DNA of 64,000 bases from Octopus sinensis (GCF_006345805.1 NC_043011.1:61330464-61394463); one strand, 5' to 3'; counted from the first letter of the stretch, positions 11,304 through 23,898 are shown. Notes: generated from the letters alone by a model not told the origin. A program made the numbers and translations.

Positions 11304-12160
11304 GGTTGAGTTGGTGTCGGATGGTGAAGATGGTGACGGTGGCGATTACAAAGACATTGTGTTGGTGTTGTTTTTGTTGTTGTTGTTGTTGTGGTGGTGG
11401 TGGTGGTGGTGGTGGTAGAGGTGGAGCACATTCAAAGAGGTGTGTATTCAAATAAGTTGTGGCTTATCTGATGTGGAATCTAAGAATCTAAGAGATGTCA
11501 GTTACTCGTTGGTATCTTGAATATATTAGAATTGATGACAAAGAGAAAGAGTGAGAGAAGGAGAAAGAGAGTGAAAGGGAGAAAGACAGACATATATAAG
11601 AAGGGCGCGATAGAGGAGGAGAGGTAAAAAGAAATGGCGAGAGACAGCGATAACAGGTGGAGAGAGAAGTGGACCGAAATAGAAAACAATTTACAAAGAG
11701 TAGTTTCAATGAGAAGCTGATTAATAAAAGAGAGAAGGGAAAGAGAGCGAGAGTGGTAGTAGGAGGGCAAAGAGAAAGATTGGAAAGAAAGAGGTTAGTA
11801 GAGATAAAGAGAAGAAAATGTGCCGAAGAAGGAGAGAAAGGGGAAATGGTAGGAATGGAGAGACGAGGACAATTATTGTTTGATAGAGTCTGACATGATG
11901 GAAAGAAATGGAAGTTATAGAAAAGAAAGAGAACAACTAACATCGATGTTGATACCGAATATAATTAGAATTAGAATTAAATGGAATTGTCATTTTATCT
12001 TTAGGGATAAAAACGTTCCTAGATCATATAAAGCCCTGTTCTCTTCACATAACAGTTGCTCTCGCTAGGATTGGAACCCAGGGAGCAAAGAGCAGAAGCG
12101 AATGCCTCAAGACATTCAATAGGACGATTTAAGAATTATGTCACTTTGATGTTTTTCTTA

Positions 12161-12381
12161 TATGATGGGGTGCTGATAAGTACCTGGCTTTAAAGGTCTC
12201 CCGAAAATCCTAGTTGGAAAATCCAAACTTGCAAGTTCTTTTACAGGGCTTAGAAAAACTGAAGGACCACTGCAATATGTGTGTGAGTCTGAGAGGAAAA
12301 TATATCGAATAAGATTATCATTAAATGACTCTCTTGTATTTTCCTTTAAAAAAACAGATTTTTTTTCCGTACCACCTCGTA
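12161..12381 (+). mobile_element. Mariner-derived MITE (internal deletion derivative)
   Basis: Imperfect TIRs TATGATGGGGTGCTGATAAG and TTCCGTACCACCTCGTA. The interior retains GLEKLKDHCNMCVSLRGKYIE*, resembling the mariner C-terminus. Confidence 0.65.
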
Positions 12382-12696
12382 CTATGTATATAGGCAGGAA
12401 TAAGACACCTGATGACGACCGGGGATCAAACTGATCGAGATGTAATGTTGATATAACTAATATAGGCACATTGGCTCAAATTTGTGTGGGTGGATAGAGA
12501 TGATTATGTCGACTGTATTGTTTGATTGCCACTTTATTTTAACGACGCCGGTTAAGTCGACTTCGACAGGATTTGAATACAAAATTCAGAACGTAAAAAG
12601 CGAATTATATCCGACGTTCACCTGACTGCCAGCATTCCTATTTTCTAGATGTATATAATTTTAACATTTCATCATGGAGATCAGATTACTTTATCT

Positions 12697-12923
12697 TTAA
12701 CCCTTTATAATTCAAACCGTCCATATTCGGCCCTTACACTCTACCTGCTTTATATTGAAACCGGCCAGATCCAACGTCTCACACGTAATCTACAATGTCA
12801 TTCAAAAAATAAACTATTACATTATCGAAATTTCAAAGCTATGAGATAATACATAATTAATTCAAAACAATCTCAATAAATGAGTATTACATTTGACAGA
12901 GTAATCTGAATGCTAAAATATAA
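12697..12923. mobile_element. Possible TTAA-type MITE (degenerate)
   Basis: Left end TTAACCCTTTATAATTCA and a weakly complementary right end GAATGCTAAAATATAA. Only one copy in the window, so support is weak. Confidence 0.3.
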
Positions 12924-12949
12924 ATGCAGTAAATAGGGATTAGACAATA

Positions 12950-13888
12950 AGGGTAAGTCAGTGTCAACGGTGGCTCTAGGAATTCCGGGCCGGAAGCCAC
13001 AGCCGAGAAGACGATCATCATCCTGAAAGATATATAGAGCTCAACCACCACGTCCTGCAAAAGCTGGTGGAACAAAAACCCATCGTAACTGTTGAGGATC
13101 TAACAGAGAGGCTTGGATTTGGTCATTTAATCATTCATCGACCCCGGTGTGCCATCGGAAAAGTGCGCAAAGAATGAATGTGTTGTCTTCTTTGCTGTCA
13201 CATCTCACGAATGAACCTGTTTTGGACCAAATAGTGACTGGTGACGAGAAATGGGATCTCTATGAAAATGTCAAGCGCTGAAGACAGTGGGTAGAGAAAG
13301 GAGAAACACCGGCAGCCTGGGCTAAAAAGGTCTTCAAACGAGGAAGTTGTTATATGGTTAGTGGGATATGAAGGTTTTAGTCCTGTTTGAACTTTTAAAC
13401 CCAAACCAAACGATAACAAAGGAGATCTACTGCGAGTAGCTTGATCGACTTAAGTCAGGGTTAGAAGGAAAACGACCATCTTTGGTTTCAAGACGAAAGG
13501 TGTTCTTCCGTCAGGATAATATTTGGCCACATACAGCAAGGATGACATTCCAAAGGCTCGATCAGTTTGAATGTGAAACGATGCCCCACACACCATATTC
13601 GCCGGACGTTGTTGCATCTGATTATCATTTATTCTGCAGTCTTCAAAATCATTTGGACAGAAAAAAATATGAATTCTGTAGATGAGGTCAGAACAGTACA
13701 ACAGAAGTACTTTTCGTCACAGACAAGTGAATTTTGGAAGAGTGGCCTTGAAAGTCTGCCAAATAGATGGAAGAGCATTGTAGAAAACGAAGGAGAATAT
13801 ATTTTAGATTAAAAAAAACTTTATATTAATTTTGCAAAAATAAATGAAGTATAAAACACATGGAATATTTACGGGATGACCCAATATA
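12950..13888 (+). pseudogene. Mariner transposase pseudogene, 5'-truncated, with right TIR
   Basis: Motifs DQIVTGDEKW, FRQDNIWPH and HTPYSPDVVASDYHLF (D,D34D-type), disrupted by frameshifts and stops. Ends ACGGGATGACCCAATA followed by TA. Confidence 0.9.
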
Positions 13889-13924
13889 CTATCCATTATT
13901 ATCTATGCATATATATATATATGC

Positions 13925-13976
<52 letters not shown>

Positions 13977-14700
13977 GCATTTATATGCATATATGTACAT
14001 ATATATATATATTTATATATTGGCGTACGTGTGTATATGAGCATGCACTATACATGTGTGTGTATCATGCATAAATATATGTTTCAATGTATCACAATAT
14101 AATTATGAGTATGAATATGCACATTAATTTTATATCTGTGTTCACACATATACGCACACATATGTACGCTCAAATAGCCACAAACCCATTTATGAAATAT
14201 ATCTAAATAATAACTATTAATAACCAGCATATAGAATAACCTACATTATATCAAAATTGCAATTTCTGTTTCGCATGAATTCACACGTTGTATGTCAAGG
14301 CATAATCTGGAAAAATAATAATAATAACAAAAATTGTCTGTTTAATTTATACGTCGTTAATCAGTAACCACATTAAGAATCTTCCAATTAGCAAGGCAAG
14401 AGCTGAACAATTTTACACGCCTTCACAATTAATTAGTTAAACACTTTTGTGCTTTATCATCAATTAGCAGTTCATTCATGCAAAAGATATTGTGTATCGG
14501 GTTTAGGGAAAGCAGGTCGAACTATTGTGTTGTTTTGAATAGTCTTTTTGTGGTCTGTCTCATTGTAACTACACTTATTCTCATATTTACACAATATATA
14601 TACGTATATATATGCGTAAATGTCGAACAATGTAAACGAGTGCTCAAACCGCATTGGTGGATAGAATTTCTTTATCTGTGTAGACATATACACATACACA

Positions 14701-14777
<77 letters not shown>

Positions 14778-14887
14778 ATATGTAAGAATATTATTCAACT
14801 ACGGTAATAGTTGAATGATGTAAATATGTAAGTGTGTGTACGCGATTCCGTATGAAGGAATATATGTGTGTGTACACACACACACAT

Positions 14888-14931
<44 letters not shown>

Positions 14932-15299
14932 TTACAGAAGGCTCTAACAGCATCAGAATGCAAAGATATTCCTCGTTAGTTGCTCGTGGACTTTTCCCTT
15001 ATCCAGTAGCACCATGGGGGCATCCTTCCGCTCTAGTATCCTACCAGTACAAATCTTCTGTGTCAAGGAGATGAATCGGTGCTGAAATTTTGACTTCCTT
15101 ACACCATAACGAGGCCATCCATAACGGGGGACGTCTCCTTGTTCACTTCCTTAATAGTATATTTGAAGGACACTGCAAAAATGTGTTTGTCAGGCCTGCC
15201 TTATATTGACTCTGTGAACTCCTCATCCTCTGACTCGATTTAAAAGTTAGTCAATCGGTTATTTCCACTTATCTAGCGATTTATCGATCTACCTATCTG

Positions 15300-15303
15300 C
15301 ATA

Positions 15304-15397
<94 letters not shown>

Positions 15398-15447
15398 GTG
15401 TGCAGCCCTGTGTGGCTAATAAAGAAACATATCTATCTGTCTATCTA

Positions 15448-15516
<69 letters not shown>

Positions 15517-15538
15517 TTATCTATCTATTTATCTATCC

Positions 15539-15601
<63 letters not shown>

Positions 15602-15651
15602 GTGTGCAGCCCTGTGTGGCTAATAAAGAAACATATCTATCTGTCTATCTA

Positions 15652-15686
<35 letters not shown>

Positions 15687-15691
15687 ATCTG

Positions 15692-15744
<53 letters not shown>

Positions 15745-15773
15745 TTATCTATCTATTTATCTATCTATCTATC
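15300..15773. repeat. (TCTA)n/(TCTG)n tract containing two 32-bp copies of the Tx1-like 3' terminus
   Basis: GTGTGCAGCCCTGTGTGGCTAATAAAGAAACA at 15398-15429 and 15602-15633 is identical to the end of the LINE at 18457-18488. Confidence 0.9.
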
Positions 15774-18488
15774 AACAGGGCAACAAAGCCACCATTCGGT
15801 CACTGGTAGATGAACAGGGGCGCGAATTGCTCGAGCCAAGTAAAATGTGTGAGGCCTTCAGCAGCATTTTGCCCGACTGTTCGGAACGAGTGGAGGCAAA
15901 GAAAGTAGGGTGACTTCAGTGCCTACCTACATAGCCTACCACGACTCTCGACAAGAAAGGCATGGTGCTGCGAAGGTGCCATCACGGCGGCGGAAGTGCG
16001 GGAAGCGATGGCAGAATGCTCGAGGGACAAATCACCGGGTTTGGATGGTCTACCCTACGAGCTTTACAATTGTATGCCACGACTTGTTTGGAGATCTCTT
16101 GGCGGCGGTGTACTGCAACTGGCAGCAAAACGGGAGCATTCCCGGTTTTGTGAGCCGAGGAGCCGTAAACACTGCTGAAGAAAGATCTAAACAAGGGAAA
16201 TGTAATAGATAACTTTAGGCCATCACTCTGCTTAATGCAGACTTGAAATTTGGCCAAGGTGCTAGCCAAGAGGTTGGCGCTTGTCATCGAGGAAACTGGT
16301 CGACAAGGCGCAAACATGCGCCGTGCCAGGCCGGACAATCCATGACAACCTCCAATCTGATGCGCTACATCATAGACAGGGTAGTTAACGAACCTGGCAT
16401 GGGTGGGGCCCTGATCAACTTGGATCAATCAAAAGCCTTTGATAGGGTAGACCATCGATACTTGGAGGCAGTCCTGAGAGCGGCTGGTTTCGGTCCCGTC
16501 TTCCGCGGCTGGATAGCTGCCTTGTACAGAGGCATCCGTCGGAATTCGCGTAAATGGACATCTATCGAGACCTTTCGACATTGCACGTTCGGTCCGTCAG
16601 GGATGCCCCCTCTCGGCGCTTCTATACGTATTGACTCTTGAGCCACTACTGCGGAAGCTGGCGACTTCTAAGGGGCATCCGCGAGAATTGGGATGGCGGG
16701 ACGAGCGTGTCTGCATACGCGGACGACGTCACCGTCATAGTGTCTAGCCACGAGCACATCGAGCTGGTCGGCGAGACACTGAAAAACTACGAAGCGGTGA
16801 CAGGAGCGAAAATCAACCGGGAAAAGTCAGTGGGCTTGCGACTAGGCACCTGGAGAAGCAAGCCCATGCCGTCCACCAGCGCCTCCGTCGTGGGACGCTG
16901 GACCGACGGCCCGGTTGAGTTGCTCGGGGTCTGGTTTGGTCCGGACCTCCAAGTGGAGAAGAACTGGAACGAGATAACGAGTAGGGTGGTCACTCTCGCC
17001 CGGCAATGGGCCGAGAGGAAACTGTCCCTAAAAGGTCGAGCGGAGGTGGCGAACACGTACATCGCGTCCGTCCATCTACTACCGCCTGACCGTCGTACCT
17101 TGTCCCGAACCCTACCATCACCAAACTACAACGCATCCTCTTTCGCTTCTGTGGAAGGATGCGTCCCGATGGTCAGGCGATCCATTGCTGTCAACACCGT
17201 TAAAAGGAGGGCTGGGCATGCTGTGGTTGATGATGCGCAGACACGCGCTGAGACTGCGACATCTCTGGCTCTATGTAGACGACGGTGAACAGGGTGGTGT
17301 GGTCGCCGTTTGTGAGGCACGCTTTCCGCAGCTCGTCTCCATGACCGAACTGCAGTCGTGGATCAAAAAGAGGCCGAGGAAGGGCGAATGGCACCGCGAG
17401 TGTCGCGTTGCTCTCAAGCAACTCTGGCCGTCCGCCTGGGTCGACCTTAAGTGACTTCAACACAACCAAAGCATCTATAGGGGTTTAGTGGAGGGGAGTA
17501 CGACGACGAGCTCGGGGCGAACCTGGACGTCGACGAGGAGTACCTGACCCCCCTGTTCGGGACGACTTTCGGGCCAGGGCCATGGACAACTTCCAGAGAT
17601 CCCTGGCCTGGCAGTGCTACCGAGAAGCCGTACCCGTTCGGGATAAGCTCTACAGACACGGCTCGAGAAACACGGGGCCGACCTGCCCGAGATGCGGTCA
17701 GAGCGACGAAACCGTTCTGCACGCACTCGTTCAGTGTCCAACAATTTCCGACCTGTGGCTTATGTCGAACAAATGCTGTCACGTGTGGGGACGAGTCGGT
17801 TTATCAGCTGAGTCTATCGTCAATATTGTCACGCCTCCTTCCTTCAAACGGGAAGGAAGAGCTATTTTCATCATCCTTGTGGCTATGGCGAAAGAATGTA
17901 TCTGGTGGACCGCGTCTGAAAGGATTGGAGACAAACACTTTCCTCTCTGGTCAATCTCTCATCAACTTCTTCAAGTACCACTTGAAAAGGAAAGGAGAGT
18001 AAGAGGCAAGTTTTTGTCTAGCGAATGTTTTAAAAAAAGATGGGTGAATGTAGCAAAGAATGGCACGTATGAATGACGAAGCCACCTTGAGCATAGTCCT
18101 ATGAACCCAGAAATCGAAAACAGAGAGTTGCTTTTTGCAAAAAAAAAAAAAAAAAAAAAAGAAATATAAAATGTGACTTCATTGACCGAGGTTACCGTGG
18201 TCTTTTCCGCAGGTTTTCTTTCACGGGTAAACCTCACCTGTCCTCCCCTTTACACTTCATATTGACATTCTGTGATAACGATCCCTATTGATCATTTTTT
18301 CCTCTCCCCCCCCTTTTTTTTTTTTTTTAACCCCCCTTATTTTTGTCCTCTTCTCTCCTTTTACGATCCCTTTTGATCGAACCTCCCCCTTCCTTTTTTT
18401 TTTTTTTTTTTTAATACCTTCAAAAGAAAAGCTCTACCTTGTAATTTGTTCTATCTGTGTGCAGCCCTGTGTGGCTAATAAAGAAACA
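15774..18488 (+). mobile_element. 5'-truncated L1/Tx1-clade non-LTR retrotransposon (ORF2 pseudogene plus 3' UTR)
   Basis: KSPGLDGLPYELY, LDQSKAFDRVDH, SAYADDVTV (RT YADD), GAKINREKS and the C-terminal CPRCGQSDETVLHALVQC zinc finger, split over several frames. The 3' UTR ends AATAAAGAAACA directly before (TCTA)n. Confidence 0.9.
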
Positions 18489-18502
18489 TATCTATCTATC
18501 TA

Positions 18503-18542
<40 letters not shown>

Positions 18543-18596
18543 TCTGTCTGTCTGTCTGTCTGTCAATCTATCTATCTACCTATCTATATATCTATT

Positions 18597-19020
18597 CTTT
18601 TTTTCTTTTATTCTCTTTTTTGTTTCAGTGATTTGGTTGCGACCATGCTGGAACATCGCCTTAAATTGATTTAGTCGATCAAATAGACCTTAGCACTTAT
18701 TCTTTAAAGAGTAACACTTCTGCTGACCCCTTTACCGAACCGCTAAGTTACGGAGACGTAAATACTTGAAGTGATGGTGGATAGATGGTGCGTGACAAAC
18801 ACAGACACAAAGACGCAAGCATATATATACATACATACATAAATACGCACACAGACGCATATATATGTATATAGTATAGGCTTCTTTTCAGTTTCCGTCT
18901 ACCAAATCCGATCAGAAGGCTTTGCTCGGCCCGAGGTAATAGTAGAAGACACTCGCCCAAGATGGCACGCAGTGGGAGCCATGTGGTTGGGAAGCAAGAA
19001 TCTTACCACACAGCCATAGA
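18597..19020 (-). mobile_element. SINE type A (diverged)
   Basis: Reverse complement of the head, body and tail of type A. Confidence 0.75.
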
Positions 19021-19059
19021 CAGACTGACAAATACGAAGAGTGTAAAGTCTCTATATTC

Positions 19060-19290
19060 ATTTCATTACTACCCACAAGGGGCTAAACACAGAGAGGACA
19101 AACAAGGACAGACAAAGGGATTAAGTCGAATACATCGACCCCAGTGTGTAACTGGTGCTTATTTAATCGACCCCGAAAGGATGAAAGGCAAAGTCGACCT
19201 CGAGGGGAATTTGAACTCGGAACGTAACGCAAGCGAAATACCTCTAAGCATTTCGCCCGGCGTGATAACGATTCTGCCAGCTCGCTGCCC
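19060..19290 (-). mobile_element. SINE type B2 monomer
   Basis: Type B head and core with the TTTAGCCCCTTGTGGGTAGTAA tail. Confidence 0.8.
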
Positions 19291-19305
19291 TGTAAAGTCT
19301 ATATA

Positions 19306-19704
19306 TACTTTCCTCCCTAGGCTCAAGGTCCGAAATGTTTGGGGAGGTGGGGCACTCGATTACATGGACCCCAGTATTTCACTCGTAATTAATTTATCGA
19401 CTCCGAAAGGATGAAAGGCAAAGTCGACCTCGGGGGAATTTGAACTCAGAATGTAATGATGGACGAAATACCTATTTCTTTACTACCCACAAGGGACTAC
19501 ACACAGAAAGGACAAACAATGACAGACAAACGGTTTAAGTCGATTATATCGACCCCAGTGCGTAACTGGTACTTAATTTATCGACCCCGAAAGGATGAAA
19601 GGTAAAGTCGACCTCGGCAGAATTTGAACTCAGAATGTAATGGCGGACGAAATACCGCTAAGCATTTCGCCCGGCGTGCTAACGATTCCGCCAGCTCGCT
19701 ACCC
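19306..19704 (-). mobile_element. Dimeric SINE B (full B2 plus 5'-truncated B1)
   Basis: Plus-strand junction GACGAAATACC|TATTTCTTTACTACCC, the same as at about 21480 and 49455. Confidence 0.8.
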
Positions 19705-20039
19705 AGCAAAGTCTATACGTGAGACATGAAGCAACATAGACTTTGATGGGCACACCTGTATATTTATTTTTTTTTTTAAACCCACAATATGATACGTAAT
19801 ATAAATATATGCAGTATTGTAAACTAACGTGTTCTGCCAGTTTTTATTGTTGTTGTTGTTTAGCATTTCATCATCCCCCTCTCTTTCCCGTCCCTCCTCA
19901 TGTACTTCTATTTATCTTGATCACCGTCATTACATTTATACACACGCCTACATGCACCTGTACATAATACTCATTGACGACCATATCTAGTTGTGTGTCT
20001 GTGTGTGAATGTATGTATATATATATATATATATGTATG

Positions 20040-20250
20040 TAGTTGAAATTTACGGAAAAACAAAAGGCGGAGACGTGTATATAAACAACAAGAAGGTGTA
20101 TTTGTTTGACGCTCGGGAAGGTGTGAAGGTCTTTTACGTTTCGAGCCTCCGCTCTTCAACAGAAAGGAGCACGAGGAAATAAACAGGGAGAGAATAAAAA
20201 GATAAACTTTTGGAACTAGCGGCCAATCATGGTGACTGACTGGACAAAGG
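20040..20250 (-). mobile_element. Short Penelope-like terminal fragment carrying a hammerhead motif
   Basis: Homologous to 47395-47530; both end ...GTAAATT(T/C)CAAC next to a TA-rich microsatellite. Confidence 0.55.
20131..20166 (-). ncRNA. Minimal type-I hammerhead-like motif with variant core
   Basis: CTTT-CTGTTGA-A-GAGC(GGAG)GCTC-GAAAC-GTA-AAAG: stem I 4 bp, stem II 4 bp, palindromic ACGT stem III, GUA site, and U instead of A at core position 6. Confidence 0.5.
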
Positions 20251-20489
20251 TATGTCTGTATACCTGTAGGCATATGTAGGTGTGTGAGTGCCGTTATCAT
20301 AAAGAGACTATGTTCAACGTATTTGTATTGGCATTCGCTTTTGTATATGTTATTAATTAGTGTGTAGCACAGTGTATATATCGTACATACATAGATATAT
20401 TTATACGTCCGTATAGATGCATACATGTGTATCTATATGCACATATATGTTTGCATACCAAAATGCATATACATACATGTGTGTGTGAG

Positions 20490-20539
<50 letters not shown>

Positions 20540-20791
20540 GCACTCACATTCACACACACATTTACAAAAGCACATTGAGGCCGACACTCACATACAGAGG
20601 AACGTCAGTATAAACTTCTTTAACATTTTGTGTTTGTCTAAAGTGTGCGTATTATTGTAAAATCATATATAAATATTTATCGGATTTTTTTTTTCTCTTT
20701 CCATTCCTTCAAACATTTTTAATCATAGTTCCCTCTCTCTCTCTCTCTCTCCCTCCCTCCCTGCAAGTATCTCTACATTTCGTTGTCGACG

Positions 20792-20822
<31 letters not shown>

Positions 20823-21020
20823 CCCTCTATTTATCGGTCATTATGCTTCTTCTGTCTACCTCGCCAGGTATGCCCATTGTTTATCGCTTTATGATTCATA
20901 CCTGAAAAATCCCCCCTTTCTCATATTTTCTCGTTCGACTCCCCTAGTCGCGTTCTTTTTATTCTTCTGTCTAGACACCTGGTTTTCCTATTACATTTAC
21001 TTTAATAGTTTAATCACTTT

Positions 21021-21239
21021 AAGGCGGCGAGCTGGCAGAAACGCTAGCTCGCCGAACGAAATGCTTAGAGATATTTCGTCTGTCTTTACGTTCTCAGTTT
21101 AAATTCCGCCGAGGTCGACTTTGCCTTTCATCTTTTAGGGGTTGATGAATTAAGTACCAGTTGCGTACTTGGGTCGATCTAATCGACTGGCACCCTCCCG
21201 TTAAATTTCAGACCTTGTGTCTCGAGTAGAAAAGAATAT
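21021..21239 (+). mobile_element. SINE type B1 monomer with TSD
   Basis: Flanked by TTTAATCACTTT at 21009-21020 and 21240-21251. Confidence 0.85.
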
Positions 21240-21251
21240 TTTAATCACTTT

Positions 21252-21652
21252 AAGGCGGTGAACTGGCAGAAACGTTAGCACGCCGGGCAAAATGCTTAGC
21301 GGTATTTCGTCTGTCTTTACTTTCTGAGTTCAAATACCACCGAGGTTGACTTTGCCTTTCATCCTTTTGGGGTCGATTAAATAAGTACCAGTTACGCACT
21401 GGGATTGATATAATCGACTGAATCCGTTTGGCTGTCCTTGTTTGTCCTCTCTGAGTTTAGCCCTTGTGGGTAGTAAAGAAATACGTATTTCGTCCGTCCC
21501 TACGTTCCGAGTTCAAATCCTGCCGAGGTCGACTTTGCCGTTTATCCTTTCGGGGTCGATAAATCAAGTATAAGTTGTGTACTGGGGTCGATCTAATCGA
21601 CTGGGTCCCTCCCCGCAAAATTTCGGTCCCTGTGCCTAGAGTAGAAAAGAAT
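21252..21652 (+). mobile_element. Dimeric SINE B (full B2 plus 5'-truncated B1)
   Basis: ...GGGTAGTAAAGAAATA|CGTATTTCGTC... junction, ending GTGCCTAGAGTAGAAAAGAAT. Confidence 0.85.
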
Positions 21653-21654
21653 AT

Positions 21655-21855
21655 TGGTTTTAAATTTTGGCATAGGGCCAGCAATATCCAGGGAGGGGCA
21701 AGTCGATTTCAGGAACCCCACTGCACGGCTGGTACCGTGGAACGGGGTCGACTCTGAGGGGGTGAAAGGCGAAGTCGATCTCAGCGGAATCTGAACTCAG
21801 AAAGTAAAGGCGGACGAATCACCGCTAAGCATTTTACTCGGTGTGTTAACGCATT
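21655..21855 (-). mobile_element. Older SINE type B copy
   Basis: Degenerate reverse complement of the B core and head (GAAAGGCGAAGTCGATCTC...GAACTCAGAA...CGCTAAGCATTT). Confidence 0.6.
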
Positions 21856-22825
21856 TTTGATTCCATAATATTAGCAACTGTTTCTTCTACAACACTTTCT
21901 TTTCTCTCCGTCTTCTCTTCGTCTTGAAAATATCTCAGCGACCATATTCCCCACCTCTCTCTCTCTCTCTTGCTCTATTGCTCTATATCTCCCCCTCCTC
22001 CTCTTTGCTTGTCTGTCGGTCTGTCTCTTCCCCTCTCTCATTCCCATCCTTCCTAAATCTAAGACACCATTATATTTTCCCTCCATGCATTGTATTTGCC
22101 TTTGTTTTTTCTCTCCCTCTCTACATTTTGTCTTCCTTTTAATGTCTAACCGACTTGAATTATTGGGAGACGGCCATGTGGGGGCAATGCTTCGAATGAT
22201 GCTTGAAAGCATTATTTAGTGAACCAGATCGATCAACACGACATATTTTCAGCCTCGAAATTCTAGCATCGGTATATTTTGTTGTTTCCAACGATCTGCA
22301 AGGTAACTTGGATTTGAACAAACTTACATCAGTGGTTAAGTGGCAGACAAACAAAGAAATATATATGAATACACACACACAGACGCAGATACCACGCTTG
22401 GAGGTGGTAGTCGAACGCTGAAAATGAGTGCTCAAGACCGCATTGGTGGATAGAATTTATTTATTTGTGAATTAAGGCTACCATTGGTTTCATGGTCAGG
22501 AAAACAGAAAAATATATTAATATCTTAACAATGTTTTAAGCCGATCACATGGAGGAATGATGTTCCTTTCCATTTTGGAAAGCACATACACACACACATG
22601 TATGTATGTATGCATGTATTTCAGGCTTCTGCACAATTTCCAATTACTAAATTCGTGTACAAGACATTAATCGATCGGTCCGGTGTTATAAGAGAAATGT
22701 ATCGCCCAATCTCTTTCCACATTCTTGTGTCATCTCAGTCGATGAATTTCTCTTTCTCCCTCACACACCTTCCTCCCTTCCCCGCCTCACTCGCACATAC
22801 TCACAATTCTTTCTAGTTATTCACA

Positions 22826-22871
<46 letters not shown>

Positions 22872-23898
22872 ACACAATCTCTTTGTCACACACGTAAACT
22901 AAATCGCCTGTGAATGAAATAAATGGAGACTGTATGACAGCCCGTCGTATATGTGTCTTTGTGTTCGTTCAGCGCAACGTCTGGTGATGGTTTGTTTACG
23001 TCCCTGTTACTTAGTTGCTCAGTAAAAGGGACAGAGGAAGCACTAAGCATCATTTGTCCGATCAAACCTCTCCAAGATGGTGCCACAGCATGACCGCAGT
23101 CCAATAACTGAAACAAGATAAAGTATGAAAGAATATCTCGCTTAGGTATACACATCCAATCTCTAACGCACACATGCAGGCTCTGTCCACCCCACACACA
23201 CACACTCTCTCTCTCTCGAACACACAGTCTTTCTCACACACGTACACTCTCTCTCACACGCGCGTGCTGTCTATCACATGAATACACTCTCTCACACACA
23301 CATATAATCTCTCTCACACACACACATTCTTCCTCATACACACACACACACACACCATCTCGCAGGAACGCACCTCCCCCCACACCCCTTCCTAATTCGC
23401 CATTAACTGTTTGTCTAACATCAAACCCTTCCCTACCACTCCCTACACTTCTCTCGCTCTATACTCGTCTCCAACGTTATTTCCTTCCTTTACTCCATCC
23501 ACGTCTTCCTCCCCACCTCCGTTCCATCATTCCCACACTCCGCCTTTCCCTCCTCTTTATTTCCTTCGCCAACATCAATTCATTCATTGACACAGCTAAA
23601 CTTTCTCCGAGTAATTCGTTCTATAAAATAATACATGTAAACCATCAAAAGAACGGGGCAGTTAAAGACAATTTACATATTTGATCTCCATTTACCGTAG
23701 TTTTCCGCCATGTTGATGGCGGAAAAAGCATTAAACATTAAGAATAGCAATTTTAGATTCTTTCATTTGAATATAGAATATTTGTAAAGAGGACATTACG
23801 TGGTTAATGTATTGTGATTTGATCGTATCCTTCTCTGGTGGAATTCGTATAGACATATACAGTTATTTACTATATATATACATATATATATATATCCT

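Noticed and set aside
12405-12440. CTGATGA...CAAAC...TC hammerhead-like remnant
   Set aside because: GAAA is broken and stems I and III are mismatched, so it can only be called possible debris.
15398-15633. Direct 32-bp repeats with a spacer, superficially CRISPR-like
   Set aside because: Spacers are microsatellite, the repeat is the LINE 3' end, there are no cas genes, and the context is eukaryotic.
23701-23726. 11-bp perfect hairpin TTTTCCGCCAT-GTTG-ATGGCGGAAAA
   Set aside because: Single small hairpin with no CTAG or other element context; not interpretable.
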